This document shows positions 37,048 through 48,707 of a stretch of DNA of 64,000 bases, piece by piece. The DNA is taken from the NCBI GenBank assembly GCA_004431415.1, contig QPMI01000591.1, forward strand, positions 1 to 64,000. The letters are read 5' to 3'. How positions within the stretch are numbered: position 1 is the first letter of the stretch; every line of letters starts with the position of its first letter. Origin of the DNA: Cyanophora paradoxa CCMP329 (Eukaryota > Plantae > Glaucophyta). The notes under the pieces were generated by a model. It saw only the letters and a list, made by a program, of their open reading frames with translations, searched no databases and was not told the origin of the DNA. Made by a program: the position numbers and the translations under genes.

Positions 37048-38011
37048 CGCCATACATGTCCAACCGAAATTCTAGCGGAGCACAGCAAACGATTGGCGCG
37101 AAACTGAGCACGTCTGAAGTGCAGTTTAGAGCAATCTAGAGCAGGGAGATTTTGGGTTTCGCGCCAATGTCTCGCCGTGCAGAAGTTGGCCTCGGGGGTC
37201 GCTGCGCCCCGGCCCCCTCTTCAGCCCTCGACAGCGCAAGGCAGCTCAAGGCCCGCCCAGGCCCCCCCGCTCTCCCCAACTGCCCTTCCCGGGACTCGAA
37301 CGCTGGGGCAATAAGACGCCGGCCGGGCGCGCTGCTAGCTCGGCTAGCTCGCCGCGAAACTGGCCTTTTCCTCGTCGCTTTTGTATGGCCATACATCTAG
37401 GAAAATTTCGTACCGCATCCGCACGAAACTGAGCCTTATTCTAGCATCAAGATGCATACTAGCTAGTATTAAACGCTTCAGTTTCTCGCCAATCGCTTTC
37501 CATTATTTTATCCAGCCAAATCGACCAGACGCCATACATGTCCAACCGAAATTCTAGCGGAGCACAGCAAACGATTGGCGCGAAACTGAGCACGTCTGAA
37601 GTGCAGTTTAGAGCAATCTAGAGCAGGGAGATTTTGGGTTTCGCGCCAATGTCTCGCCGTGCAGAAGTTGGCCTCGGGGGTCGCTGCGCCCCGGCCCCCT
37701 CTTCAGCCCTCGACAGCGCAAGGCAGCTCAAGGCCCGCCCAGGCCCCCCCGCTCTCCCCAACTGCCCTTCCCGGGACTCGAACGCTGGGGCAATAAGACG
37801 CCGGCCGGGCGCGCTGCTAGCTCGGCTAGCTCGCCGCGAAACTGGCCTTTTCCTCGTCGCTTTTGTATGGCCATACATCTAGGAAAATTTCGTACCGCAT
37901 CCGCACGAAACTGAGCCTTATTCTAGCATCAAGATGCATACTAGCTAGTATTAAACGCTTCAGTTTCTCGCCAATCGCTTTCCATTATTTTATCCAGCCA
38001 AATCGACCAGA
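37048..38011. repeat. Apparently perfect 482-bp tandem duplication (2 copies) with internal inverted repeats
   Basis: 37048-37529 equals 37530-38011, with identical ORFs at an offset of 482. Each unit has CGATTGGCGCGAAACTGA and inverted TCAGTTTCTCGCCAATCG. Confidence 0.95.
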
Positions 38012-38364
38012 GCGTGTACCAAAGTGAAATAGCAGATGATCATGAATTCGAGCGAATGATCATGGGCGCGAATCGAAATAGGAAAGCCTTGCAATTGAGA
38101 AACTAAATTTCAATACAACTAAGCTTGCAGCGCACTGCAGCAGCTACGGCAAGTTCTGCATAAAGAAAACTAGTTGTTCATATCTTAAGATAAAGATCGA
38201 AAACCAAAGCTGTTCGCTGGTTTGCTGAGAGAGTCCTAGATGTTCATGTCTTAAGATGAAGCTTAAGATTGAAAACCTGAGCTGTTCGCATGTACATGTT
38301 TGGCGAGAGAGTCCTACGTATTCACACTGCATAAACCAACGAGATACAGAGAATATAGAACTAG

Positions 38365-41300
38365 CTATAAGTGTGTAGGCGTTATCTTGCTGCCATTTAC
38401 AAAGATCTAACTTGAGTAATAAAATCGAAATTAGAGCGATAGGAACTCCCTGCAGAGGACCTCCGAGTAGGGCACGCGGCAGATGGGGCAGGACGCCGCG
38501 AGCGCCTCGCCCTGCGCACAGCGATTGTGATCGTGATATCAGGGCGAAGATAGCTGAAATAGCGGCAGAGGCTGCGGGCGGATCGATCGCACGTGGGAGC
38601 CCCTCCTGACGCTCTTGTCCTTCATGATGCAGTCGCAGCAGTACTCGCTGCGTCGAATTCGAAGGAATTAGATATCGATCCAGATATCGACTCTTCATTG
38701 ATCTGGGCCCCGGAGGGTGGGGGGGGAAGAGGGGGGGGAGGGCGGAGGGGAGGGGGGAGGGGGGGGAGGGGAGGGCGGGGGGAGGGGGGGGGAGGGCGGG
38801 GGGGGGGGGGGGGGGGCGGGGGCGGAGAAGCGCGCACTGGCGGCAGGGGAGAAGGACGACGTTCTTGAGGTTCTGGAAGCCGATCCGGAGGGGGTAGTCA
38901 GCGACCCGAGCGAGAAAATCAGAGGCACGGCGCGCCCGAGCTCGGCAGGGGCGCTAAAAAAAATAAAGAATAAAGAAGCGTATTCGCTCAGTGAACCGAA
39001 AAGGAAATCCGAATAGGGGGCGATCCGATGTGGGCGAGAAAATCAGAGGCACGGCGCGCCCGAGCTCGGCAGGGGCGCTAAAAAAAATAAAGAATAAAGA
39101 AGCGTATTCGCTCAGTGAACCGAAAAGGAAATCCGAATAGGGGGCGATCCGATGTGGGCGAGAAAATCAGAGGCACGGCGCGCCCGAGCTCGGCAGGGGC
39201 GCTAAAAAAAATAAAGAATAAAGAAGCGTATTCGCTCAGTGAACCGAAAAGGAAATCCGAATAGGGGGCGATCCGATGTGGGCGAGCAACACATGTACAA
39301 CTCGGCAAGGCAGGGCAGGGCGCGCTCAAGCTAAAGCCCGGACCCAAGCTCGAGCTGCTCGGGCTCGGACGGACCTGGAAGCAGAGGGGGCACTCGAGCT
39401 TGCCGCGGAGGTCCGCCGCCTGCTTCAGCAGCGTCTCCTTCTCCCCCAGCAGCTTCATGTCTGAAACAAAGAGTCCGAGAATCCAAAGCGTAAGCCGGGA
39501 AGAAATGTTCTAAGTAATGGGCAAGAGCGCACATGCGATTTCCAGCTCCGCGAGACGCTTCTGCTCCCTGCATAACGCACGCATGCGCTGGTAAGATATC
39601 GAGGGATCGGGCTGGGAGATCTAGATGCGGCGCGGGCGGGCGTGCGGTGGAGGGCGGAGCTGAGGGGCGGGGGGGCGAAAGGGGGGGGGGGGAAAGGGGG
39701 GGGGGGGGGGGCATCGAGGGAGGCACCTGCTCAGCAGCGCCCTCAGCTGGCCCTCCGTCCTTTTGTCCTGCATTTCAGAGCAGATCATGATCAGAGCATA
39801 CCTAGAGTTAAGAAGCGGCCCGAAGGTTAAGAAGCAAACCTCTTGCCCGCCGGAGCTGGAGGGCTCGGGGGAGGCGGCCGGCAGGCCCACCGGGGGCAGC
39901 GCCGTCGAGTAGTCGATCGACGTCGACGCCTGCGGCTCGTGCCGGACGGGCTGGCACTCGAGAACTGCAGGACAGGGGCGATCCAAGATCAATTTAAAGA
40001 GCGGAAGGATTGACGCTTAATCTTGAGGTGCGGGGCGGACTGGAGGACATGAGGAAGGGCTTGAGGCGGATGGGGAAGATGTCGGCCACCACCTGCTTCC
40101 CCTCCTCGTCCGCGATCACCAGCTGCGCATGCGTGCGGGGTCGAGGATGCGTTAGAGCTCGAGAAAGAAACGAAGTGGGCAACCCAGGCTTCGGGCCGCT
40201 TGATTGATTAGAGTCAGGTACAGATCTAGAAAGTAGACAGGATCCAAATGGAAGTCCTTAAGCTTTATATAATTAGGCCGCTTCAGCTTCACGTTTCGCA
40301 GGGCAGGGCGGCGAGGATCGGACCTTGTACTTCCGCGCCGCTATGTCCTCGCTGCGCGATCGGGGAAGCGAGTTCGACGTTGCTGGAGGCTAGGCACGGG
40401 GCGGCGGCGGCGGCGGGGGGGCGGACTGGCGGTCGACGAGGAAGACGGCCTCGGCGGCGCTGTTGATCCGCGTCTCGCACTGCTTCACGAAGCGACCCTG
40501 GAGGAAGGCGGGTCAGCCTGGCAGGTCAAGGCGGGGGCCATGTGCATGACCCGGGCAAGGCCGGGCGGGCCAAGGTCTAGGCTTAGGTCCAGGCGGGGGC
40601 CTAGGCGCACGGCAGCCTCGCCGAGGACTTATTTTTCTTTTTTCTTATAGCCGAAAAAAAGCCGAGGACTTATTTATATATATAGTACGTATACTAGTTA
40701 ATAATGAAGGTCGAGGCTTATACACGGCCGGGGCCGGGGCGAAGCTTGTGTAATAATAATCGAGGGCGGCGGCCGAGCTCGAGGCGGGTCGACTTCGACT
40801 TCTTTGATAAACTGATTTAAATTCACGCACAAGGCGGAGGCGGGGGCGAGGGGCGGGGGCGCACGGTGGCCTCGTCGAGGAGGGAGAGGGCGGCGGTGCA
40901 GCCCTCCAGGTAGATGTCCGACGACGAGAGGCACACCTGGCTCATGGCTCAGTTGAACTCAAACGTAAGCGAGGGCGAGGGCGAGGGCGAGGGGCGAGCG
41001 AAGCTGGGAGGGATCGGGAGGAGTCTTAGGCGTGGGCGGGGCGGCTCGCTCGCCTTCGCGCCGCAGGGTATCTTGCGGAGGGAGACCTTGACGGCCGTGC
41101 AGCACTCGCCGAGCACCTTCGTGGGCACCGCTGGCGTCGACATCGGCCGTGAGCCGACTTCAAGAGAAGAGGAGAGAACAAGAGGAAGTAATAAAGCGGC
41201 AGACCTGAAATGAGGGTCTCCCTGGCCGTGCACGAACCCACGACGGAACCCGAATGGAAAGTCAGTACGACCCCAGGACCGGGATTCGAACTCTAGATCT

Positions 41301-41963
41301 GGAATCACGAAAGCTGAAGCTTGAAGCTTAAGCTCGAGGCGGGCGGGCGGACCGGGTGCGAAGGAGGACGGTCTTGGGGCCCTCCGAGAGGCCCGCGAAC
41401 GTGTGGCTGTCCACGTCCTCCACCTCTGCCCCCGGCGCCCCCGGCCGCGCAGTCAGTTTGGCTCATATCAAGCTCATATCAAGCCTTAGCTCGAGATTAG
41501 ACTTATGTGAAGCTTCAGCTTATTTAATCTAATCGAAGCTCGAGCGGCGCGGGCGGGCGGGCGGGCGGGCGCACCGCCCTCGACCTGGTTGTTGTCGGGG
41601 CGGATGACGGATATGGACATGCGGAGGCGCGTCTCCCCCGCGCGCACGGAGCCCTCCGGGAAGCCCGAGTACTCCACGTCGATCTGGCGCGGGCGGGGCG
41701 GGGCCGGGATCGATCGGGCTTCTAGGGAGGGGGGGAGAGAGGCTGGGGAGCGCGCGGCCCGCGCGCGGCCGTACCTGGACTGCGAAAATCGAGCGAAAGT
41801 TAGGGCGGCGCGCGGCGAGTCGGGGACGCGGCTGGACCGGCGGCAGAGCGCGCACGATTCCCCGTCTTGGGTGCGGCCGGGGCCGCCGCCTTGAGGGCCG
41901 TCCGAAGCACGACCCCCTGCCGAGTTCGATCAGTCGAGTGCTCAGCCTCATGATCATGGTCAC
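38365..41963 (-). CDS. C-terminal C3HC4 RING-finger protein, probable E3 ubiquitin ligase (start uncertain)
   Basis: Spliced KLLGEKETLLKQAADLRGKLECPLCFQ|NLKNVVLLPCRH|EYCCDCIMK...SCPICRVPY. Upstream minus-strand exons extend to about 41960. Confidence 0.8.
38910..39286. repeat. Three identical 124-bp tandem copies inside the intron splitting the RING domain
   Basis: CGAGAAAATCAGAGGCACGG starts at 38911, 39035 and 39159. Confidence 0.95.
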
Positions 41964-42910
41964 AGAAAGATCGTGGCGCGCAAGGCGGGCCGGCGACCGC
42001 GGTCAGCTGTAGGCCTAGAGAGAGAGCTAGAGTCTCAGGGGCTGCCGCTGGGGTCGGGTGTACGCGACTGCAGCTGCTGCAGGACTAGTTTGGCCGCGGG
42101 ACGCCGGCCGCGGAATTCCAAGGCGCGCGCCGCGCTCGAGCCCTCAAGCTTAAGCGCCAGATCCAGATCCAGCAAGGTATCCGGGCGATCGACGAGCGCT
42201 TACCTCGTGGATCGAGTTGTCCCCTTCTCCCCGAGGCCTGTGCTTCCTGAACCTGGTTCAGGGACGTCGACAGCGGTCAGATCGAATCTCGAGCTCCAGC
42301 GCTAGCGCTAGCGCTTGGAAGCGATCAGCGGAGTCCCGGCGCGCACCAGTTCAGCGGATTCCCCATCGACATCGAGCTGGACGTCCGGGCGACTTCGGAC
42401 GGGGACACGGGGCCCGCTCCAGCGGCCCTGCTGGCGCTGCCGCTCCGTTCTCTCGACCGAGCCATCGCTGGACCCCGCGGCTCGCTAGCGCCTCAGCACG
42501 GCGACCGACTTGTCGCCGAGCAGCTCCGGAATCCTGTCACACGCGCTGGTAGCTCCCGAAAAGGCGAAGAGGCGCCCCGCCGGAGATCCGCGTGCTCCCC
42601 TCCGAGTACGTCGCGTTGAGCTCCCCGGGCTTGCAGGCGCACGCCGAGCGTAAGCTGATGCTCCGGAGGCGCCTCCGGCTGCCGCTCGTGCGCCTTCGGC
42701 TTCAGCGTCGCGTACCCCTCCCGTTGCACCACATTGCGACTTCCGCGGCCGACGCACGTACGTTCGCACGTACGGGTTCCTCTGCCGCGGTGCAGCTCGC
42801 TCCCGCGTGCTGACGGCCGTGCAGCGCCGGCTCGCTCGGCACTCGCTCGTCCTGTCTTCCGGCGGCGCTGAGCGGTCAAGCCGCGTGCAAGCCGTCTGCG
42901 GCCATCCAGA

Positions 42911-45900
42911 ATGACCCAAGACGCCCATCACCCGCCGCACGGCGCCGGTGGCCATTCTTCGTTCGGCGCGGGCGGTCATGGCGCCGCCGGCTCGCCGCCT
43001 CCGCCGCCGCCGAGGGAGAATCCGTTCGTCAAGGCTTTCCAGCGCGCCCGGCGATTCGCTGTGGGCGGTCTGGCGGTCGTCGGAGGGATTGTCGTGCTCG
43101 GCGCCGCGGTCGCCGCGTCCGCGAAGGAGGAGCAGCGCAAGCGCATCGTGAACGGCACCGTCCTCACCCTCGGTGAGCGCCTGCCGCCCTCCGCGCGAGC
43201 CGCGGCACCGCGGCCCGTCCCGGGCTCCCGAACCCGAACCGTCCCCCAGACATGGAGCGCGGGCTCGTGGAGACGCAGCCGCGGAGCCCGCTGCAGGCGA
43301 TCGTGCCGCCGAGCAAGCGGCCGCTGATCCTGCGCGAGGTCCTGGACGCGCTGGAGCACGCCGAGCGCGACCCGCGCGTCCGGGGCCTCGTGCTCCGCGT
43401 CGGCGGCCCGAGCGTCGGCTTCGCGGTCGCGCAGGAGCTCTGCGACGCCGTCCGCTCCTTCTCGCGCGCCCCGTCCAACAAGTTCTCGATCGCCTTCGCC
43501 GAGACCTTCGGCGAGCTCCAGAACGGGAACGAGGTGCGCCCGCCGCGCCGCTCTCCCGCCGAGCGCCGAGGCGTCTTCGCAGGCGTACGTGCTGGCGTCC
43601 TCGTGCAGCGAGGTGCACGTGCAGCCGTCCGGCGACGTCACGCTCGGCGGCCTCGCCACGTGCGCCCCGCCCCGCCCCGCCCCGCCCCGCCCCGAGCCCG
43701 AGCGCCACTGTTTAGAGTGCCTGGGATCCTTAAGGGCCCTCCGCCCCGCTCCGCCTCCCTTCCCCTGTCCCCTGTCCCCTGTCCCCTGTTGAGGATCCTC
43801 CGTCCTACCCTCCCCCCCGCCCCCTGTCCTACCTCACGCCCCTATCCCTCCCTGCCTTCCGCCGGCAGGGACGCGCCGTTCGTGAAGGGTCTGCTGGACC
43901 GCCTCGGCGTCGCCGCCCGCATCGAGGCCCGCGAGGAGTACAAGGCACGCGCTTCCCCCTCCCCCCGGGCCCGGGCCAGCCCCAGGGACCGGACCCGGGC
44001 CCCCATGCCCCTAGGCCCCTAGGCGCCCCCGGGCCCCTAGGCCCCCGCGAGGAGTACAAGGCACGCGCTTTCCCCCTCCCCCCGGGCCCGGGCCAGGCCC
44101 CAGGGACCGGGCCCCCGGGCCCCTCGAAGCCGATCCTCGAAGCCGGCGGTCCCTCGCCTGCTCGCTAGAGCCTGCTTGCTAGAGCCCCGGCCCCGGCCCC
44201 GGCCCCGGCCCGGGGGCGCCCGCCAGCCCCAAACCGTCTAGCCGTCTGAGCTTCGTTCGCAGAACGCGCCGAACGTGTACACGGAGACGGCGTTCACGGC
44301 GCACCACCGCGAGGCCACCGAGCACCTCCTCGGCCGCCTCCACGCCCAGGCACGCCGCCCCGGGCCCCAGGATTCCTAGCCTCCCCGGCCCCAGCGCCCT
44401 CCTCTCTAGGACTAGGGCTAGGATCCTAGCCGCCCCGGCCCCGCCCTTTCGGGAAGCCCGGCCCCTCCTTCTCTTCCGCTCCCCTCCTCACGCCCCGCGC
44501 CCGCGCAGATGGTGTCGATGGTGGCGGAGGGCCGGCGCCTCACCGCCGAGGCCGCCGCCGCCGCCTTCCGCGAGGCCCGCCCCCGCCCCTGAAGACCTTA
44601 AGGGCTTAACTCTAAGCGAGGCTCGCGCCTAGAGCGTCAGGCCTAAGGGCCTAAGGACCGCTCCGCCCCCGCCCAGCCCCCGCCCCTTGAGACCTGAAGA
44701 GCCTGCACCTAAGCGAGGCTCGGGCCTAGGGCCCAAGAGCTGAGAGCTCAGAGCTCAGAGCCTAACCTTAGAGCGAGGCTCGCGCCCAAAAAGCGCTAGG
44801 TCTAAGGATCTTGGATGGGCTCGCACCCGCCCCCCCCTCCCCCCCCCCCCCCCCCCCCGCCCCGCCCCGCCCCGCCCCGCCCCCCCGCCGCTCGCCGCTG
44901 ACGCGCTCGCTGGCGCGCAGGGCCCGTTCAGCGCGGCGGAGGCGCTGCGGCGCTCCCTCGTCGACTCCGCCAGCTACCGCGACCAGGCCCGCCCGCCCCT
45001 TCCCCTAGGACCAGGCGCCCCTCCAGTCCTTAAGGGCCCCCGGGGATCCTGCGACCCTCGGGCTCCCCTGCTGAGGGATCTTAGGACGGGGCGCCCGCCT
45101 CGGGGGCCCGCCCCTTCCCCTAGGACCAGGCGCCCCTCCAGTCCTTCTCTGCTTAGGGCCCCCGGGACAGGTGCGGGAGCGGGCGCACGCCCTCGCGGCC
45201 GTCGGGGGCCTCCTCCCCAAGGTCCGCTCCGCCCCGCCCCGCCCCCCCACATCCTCCGCCTCCTTCACCGCCTTCGCCGCAGGACGTGAAGCTGGTGCCC
45301 GTGGACCGCTACTACAAGGCCGCCGTCGGGCCGGCCGAGGAGGCCGTCAAGAAGGTCCGTATAAGACGCGTGGGAACCCCCAGGAACCGCACAAGACGTG
45401 CCTGCGCTGCGGTTAGATAAGAATCATATAAGCCTATAAGCATATAAAGCATATAAGAAGCCTCGCCGTCGGGCCGGCCGAGGAGGCCGTCAAGAAGGTC
45501 CGCAAAGCGGGGAACAGCGTGAGACGCGGCTGCGCTGCGGTCACATAAGAGCATATAAAGCGCATATAAGGAGGGTTCTACCCCTTAGAAGCAGATGACG
45601 CGGCCCGCCTCGCCTCTCCGCCCGCCTCGCCTCTTCGGAGCATATCTAAGGAGGCATAAGTATTAAAACGCTTGCTGCCTCGCCCCGCCCCGCCCCGCCT
45701 CGCCGCCCCGCCCGCCCGCCCTACCCCCGGACTTGACTCGCGCGCAGGCGGCGCAGGCGGCGACTGGGAAGACCCGCGCCGACGGCCTGGTCCGCTCACA
45801 TCTGATCTGATCTGATCTGATCAGATCAGATCTAATCTGATCCGGCGGACCCGCAGCCGAGCGCGCCGACCATCGCCCTCGTCTATGCGGTGCGCCCCTC

Positions 45901-47639
45901 CGCCCCCCTCCCTCTTCCCCGCGTCCCTCGACACCATCCCCCGGCAGGTGGGGAACATCATGCGGGGCCGCAACCGCGAGCGCGGCCTCGGGCCCGACGA
46001 AAACTGCTGGTCCGACGTGCGCCGCCCCGCGCCCCGCCCCGCGCCCGCCCCACCCAGACGCGCTAAACCGCCACCCACCCAACCCCTCCCACCCGCCCCT
46101 CAGGTTGTGGTGTCGGCGCTGCGGGACGCCGGGGAGGACGAGGACGTGAAGGCTGTCGTCATGCGCGTCGACAGGCGCGCGGCTCGGCTCAGCTCAGCTA
46201 AGGCAGCTCGCCCGCCCGCTCAGCTGAGCGCGGGGGCGGCAGCCGCGGGGGCAGCGCGGTGGCGAGCGACACGATCGGGCGGGAGGCGACGCGCGTGCGC
46301 GACGCCGGCAAGCCCCTCGTCGTCTCCATGGGTGCCGCCCCCACCCCGCCCCGCCCCGCCCCGCCCCGCCACTAGGCGATAGAGGGCTAGGCGCTCCCGC
46401 ACCCGAATCCCTCCCCCGTCTGGCCCCGCCGCTGGAGGCCCTGCCCCTCGCCGCCGCTGCGCCTTCCTCTCACGGGGCGGGGCTCCAGGCAACTACGCCG
46501 CGTCGGGGGGCTACTGGATCTCCATGAACGCCACCCGGTGCGCTTTGATCCCCCCCACCGCCTCCCGTACCCCGGAATCGACCTGTTCCCCCCGCAGCAT
46601 CCTCGCGTGGCCCGGGACCATCACGGGTACGCGAGCGAGCGAGCGAGCGAACTCGACTTTGCTCCGCTCCGCCCGCCCCCCGCGGCCGACCCCCTCGGCC
46701 TTCGATCGCCCGCAGGCAGCATCGGCGTCTTCGGCGGGAAGGCCCTCGTGCGCTGGCTGCGCCCCGGGCCGTGCCCCTCTGCTTCGGCAATGACGGGCCC
46801 CGCCGCAGGTTCGGGGCGCGGCGGAGAAGCTCGGCGTGACGTTCGACTGGGCGGGCGCCGGCGGCGAGAGCAGCGCAAGGTTCTCCCCCCTCCTCCTTCC
46901 AGCCTTGCCAGCTCCCCGTCTAGAGCAGGAGCACGTCTAGCTGGTCCCGCTGGCTCCCTTCCTCCTTCTACCCCCCCTCTACCTGGAGCTTGTTGACCCC
47001 CCTCTCCCCCCCAGGTTCTCGAGTCCCTTCTGGGACTACGACGCCCACGGCCGCGAGCGCCTCGCCGCCTTCCTCGACCGGTCCGCGTACCCCCCCCCCC
47101 GGACCCGATCCGAGGCCGGGGAGAGAGAGAGAGAGCCGGGGCGACGCGTACCCCCCCTTGCCCCGTGCAGGATCTACGGCGACTTCGTTCGCGGCGTGGC
47201 GGCCGGGCGCAAGCTGCCCTTCGAGCGGCGCGTACCCCCCCCTCAGATCTGAGTTTCAGGCCGATCTGACTTTCGAGCTTTTCCCCCCCGCAGGGCCCTC
47301 GAGGTCGCCAAGGGGCGCGTCTGGACCGGCGACGACGCCCTCCAGGTGCCGTACCCCCCTTGCCCTTCTTCCACCCCCCCCCCCGCCGGCCCGGCCGTTG
47401 ACGAGGGGTACGGGGCCGCAGCTGGGGCTCGTGGACGAGATGGGCGGCCTCCGCGCAGCCATCCGCGCCGCCAAGGTGGCCGCCGGTATCCCCGCCGACG
47501 CCCCGGTACCCCCTCCCGGCCTCCCCTTGTACCCCTCCTCCCGCTTGTGCCCCCTGCAACTCCTCCCCTAGGTTGTCGTGCGCGAGTTCGGCCCCGGCGC
47601 CCGCCGGACCCTCACCGAGTCCCTCGCCGTGCGTACCCC

Positions 47640-47680
<41 letters not shown>

Positions 47681-48091
47681 AGCGCGTTTTCGGCGCAGCG
47701 GTTCTTCAAGGAGGAGGACGACGACGTGGTGTCCCCCGCGGCGGAGGCGGGCGCCCTCTCCGCCGCCGCCGAGGCCGCCGCCGAGGTCCTTCCCTTTCCT
47801 TTCCTTTCCTTTCCTTTCTTTCCTTTCCTTTTCTCTTCCATTCTCAGTTTCTATCCCAGATCCTGGAGGTGGCCGGCCTCGCGCGGGCCGCCCTGGACGT
47901 CACGGGCCTCCGCCCCGTCCTCGGCCAGGCACGCGTACCCCCCGAAGCTCGAGCCTCTAGATCTAGCTCGCCCGGCCCTCCCCGCCTGAGCTGTTTGGGC
48001 GCAGCTGGCGGAGCTGCGGTCCCTCGAGGGCGGGGCCGCCGCGCACGCCGGGCCCGCCCCCGTCCCCCTCAACCCCCGCGACGGGCGCTGA
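42911..48091 (+). CDS. sppA: Signal peptide peptidase SppA / protease IV, 67K tandem-S49 type, about 26 exons
   Basis: LREVLDALEHAERDPRVRGLVL, AYVLASSCSEVHVQPSG, LLDRLGV...EEYK|NA (catalytic Lys), VKAVVMRVDSRGGSAVASD, KPLVVSMG|NYAASGGYWI (catalytic Ser), TITG|SIGV, AKGRVWTG..A..LGLVDEMGGL. N-terminal transmembrane segment present. Confidence 0.95.
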
Positions 48092-48707
48092 GGCCGCTCA
48101 ACATCGTCTGAATTATATTCCGATTTTTTGCGTAGCTAGCGTTTGCTCTCGAGTGTCTAATTTATATGTGCACCAGCGCTAGTGCTAGCGCTAGCGTTGC
48201 AGCATCTGGCAGGGCCTCATTGGCCTACAGCTATATAGCGGCAGAGCAGCGGCACAGTGACTCGTAAGCGCTGGCGCGGCGCCGGCGCCGACGCCGGCGG
48301 CCGCACGATTTTGATCCGCCAAGCCGTCACGAGCCGTCAAGCCGCTCGTGGTCGGGTACAGCGTCTTCGCGCCGCTTGTAACGTTACAGCGATACAGCGA
48401 CGCCCTTGTGCTGCAACGTTAACAATAGGCCGTGGCCTGCAGGCTAGGAAACGCTGTCGTGAACAAATAGCTAGCGGCAGATCTAGTGTTTTGCAAGCGA
48501 TGCCGTAGCTATATAGCGCGCGCGCGCGACGAAATTTGATCCGCCAAGCGCTAGCCGTGAAGCCGGTTTGGTCGGGTACAGCGTCTCCGCAGCCGCGCCG
48601 CTTGGTTTTCCTGCCGTCACCCCTGCGACGATCCGAGTGAAAGCGCAGCATGGCACTCGCACTCCAGCTTCAGTCGCGCTCGCAGCAGCGCCCCAGAAGA
48701 TCTAGAG

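Noticed and set aside
38910-39286. Regular repeats as a possible CRISPR array
   Set aside because: Units are fully identical with no unique spacers, lie in an intron, and no cas genes are present.
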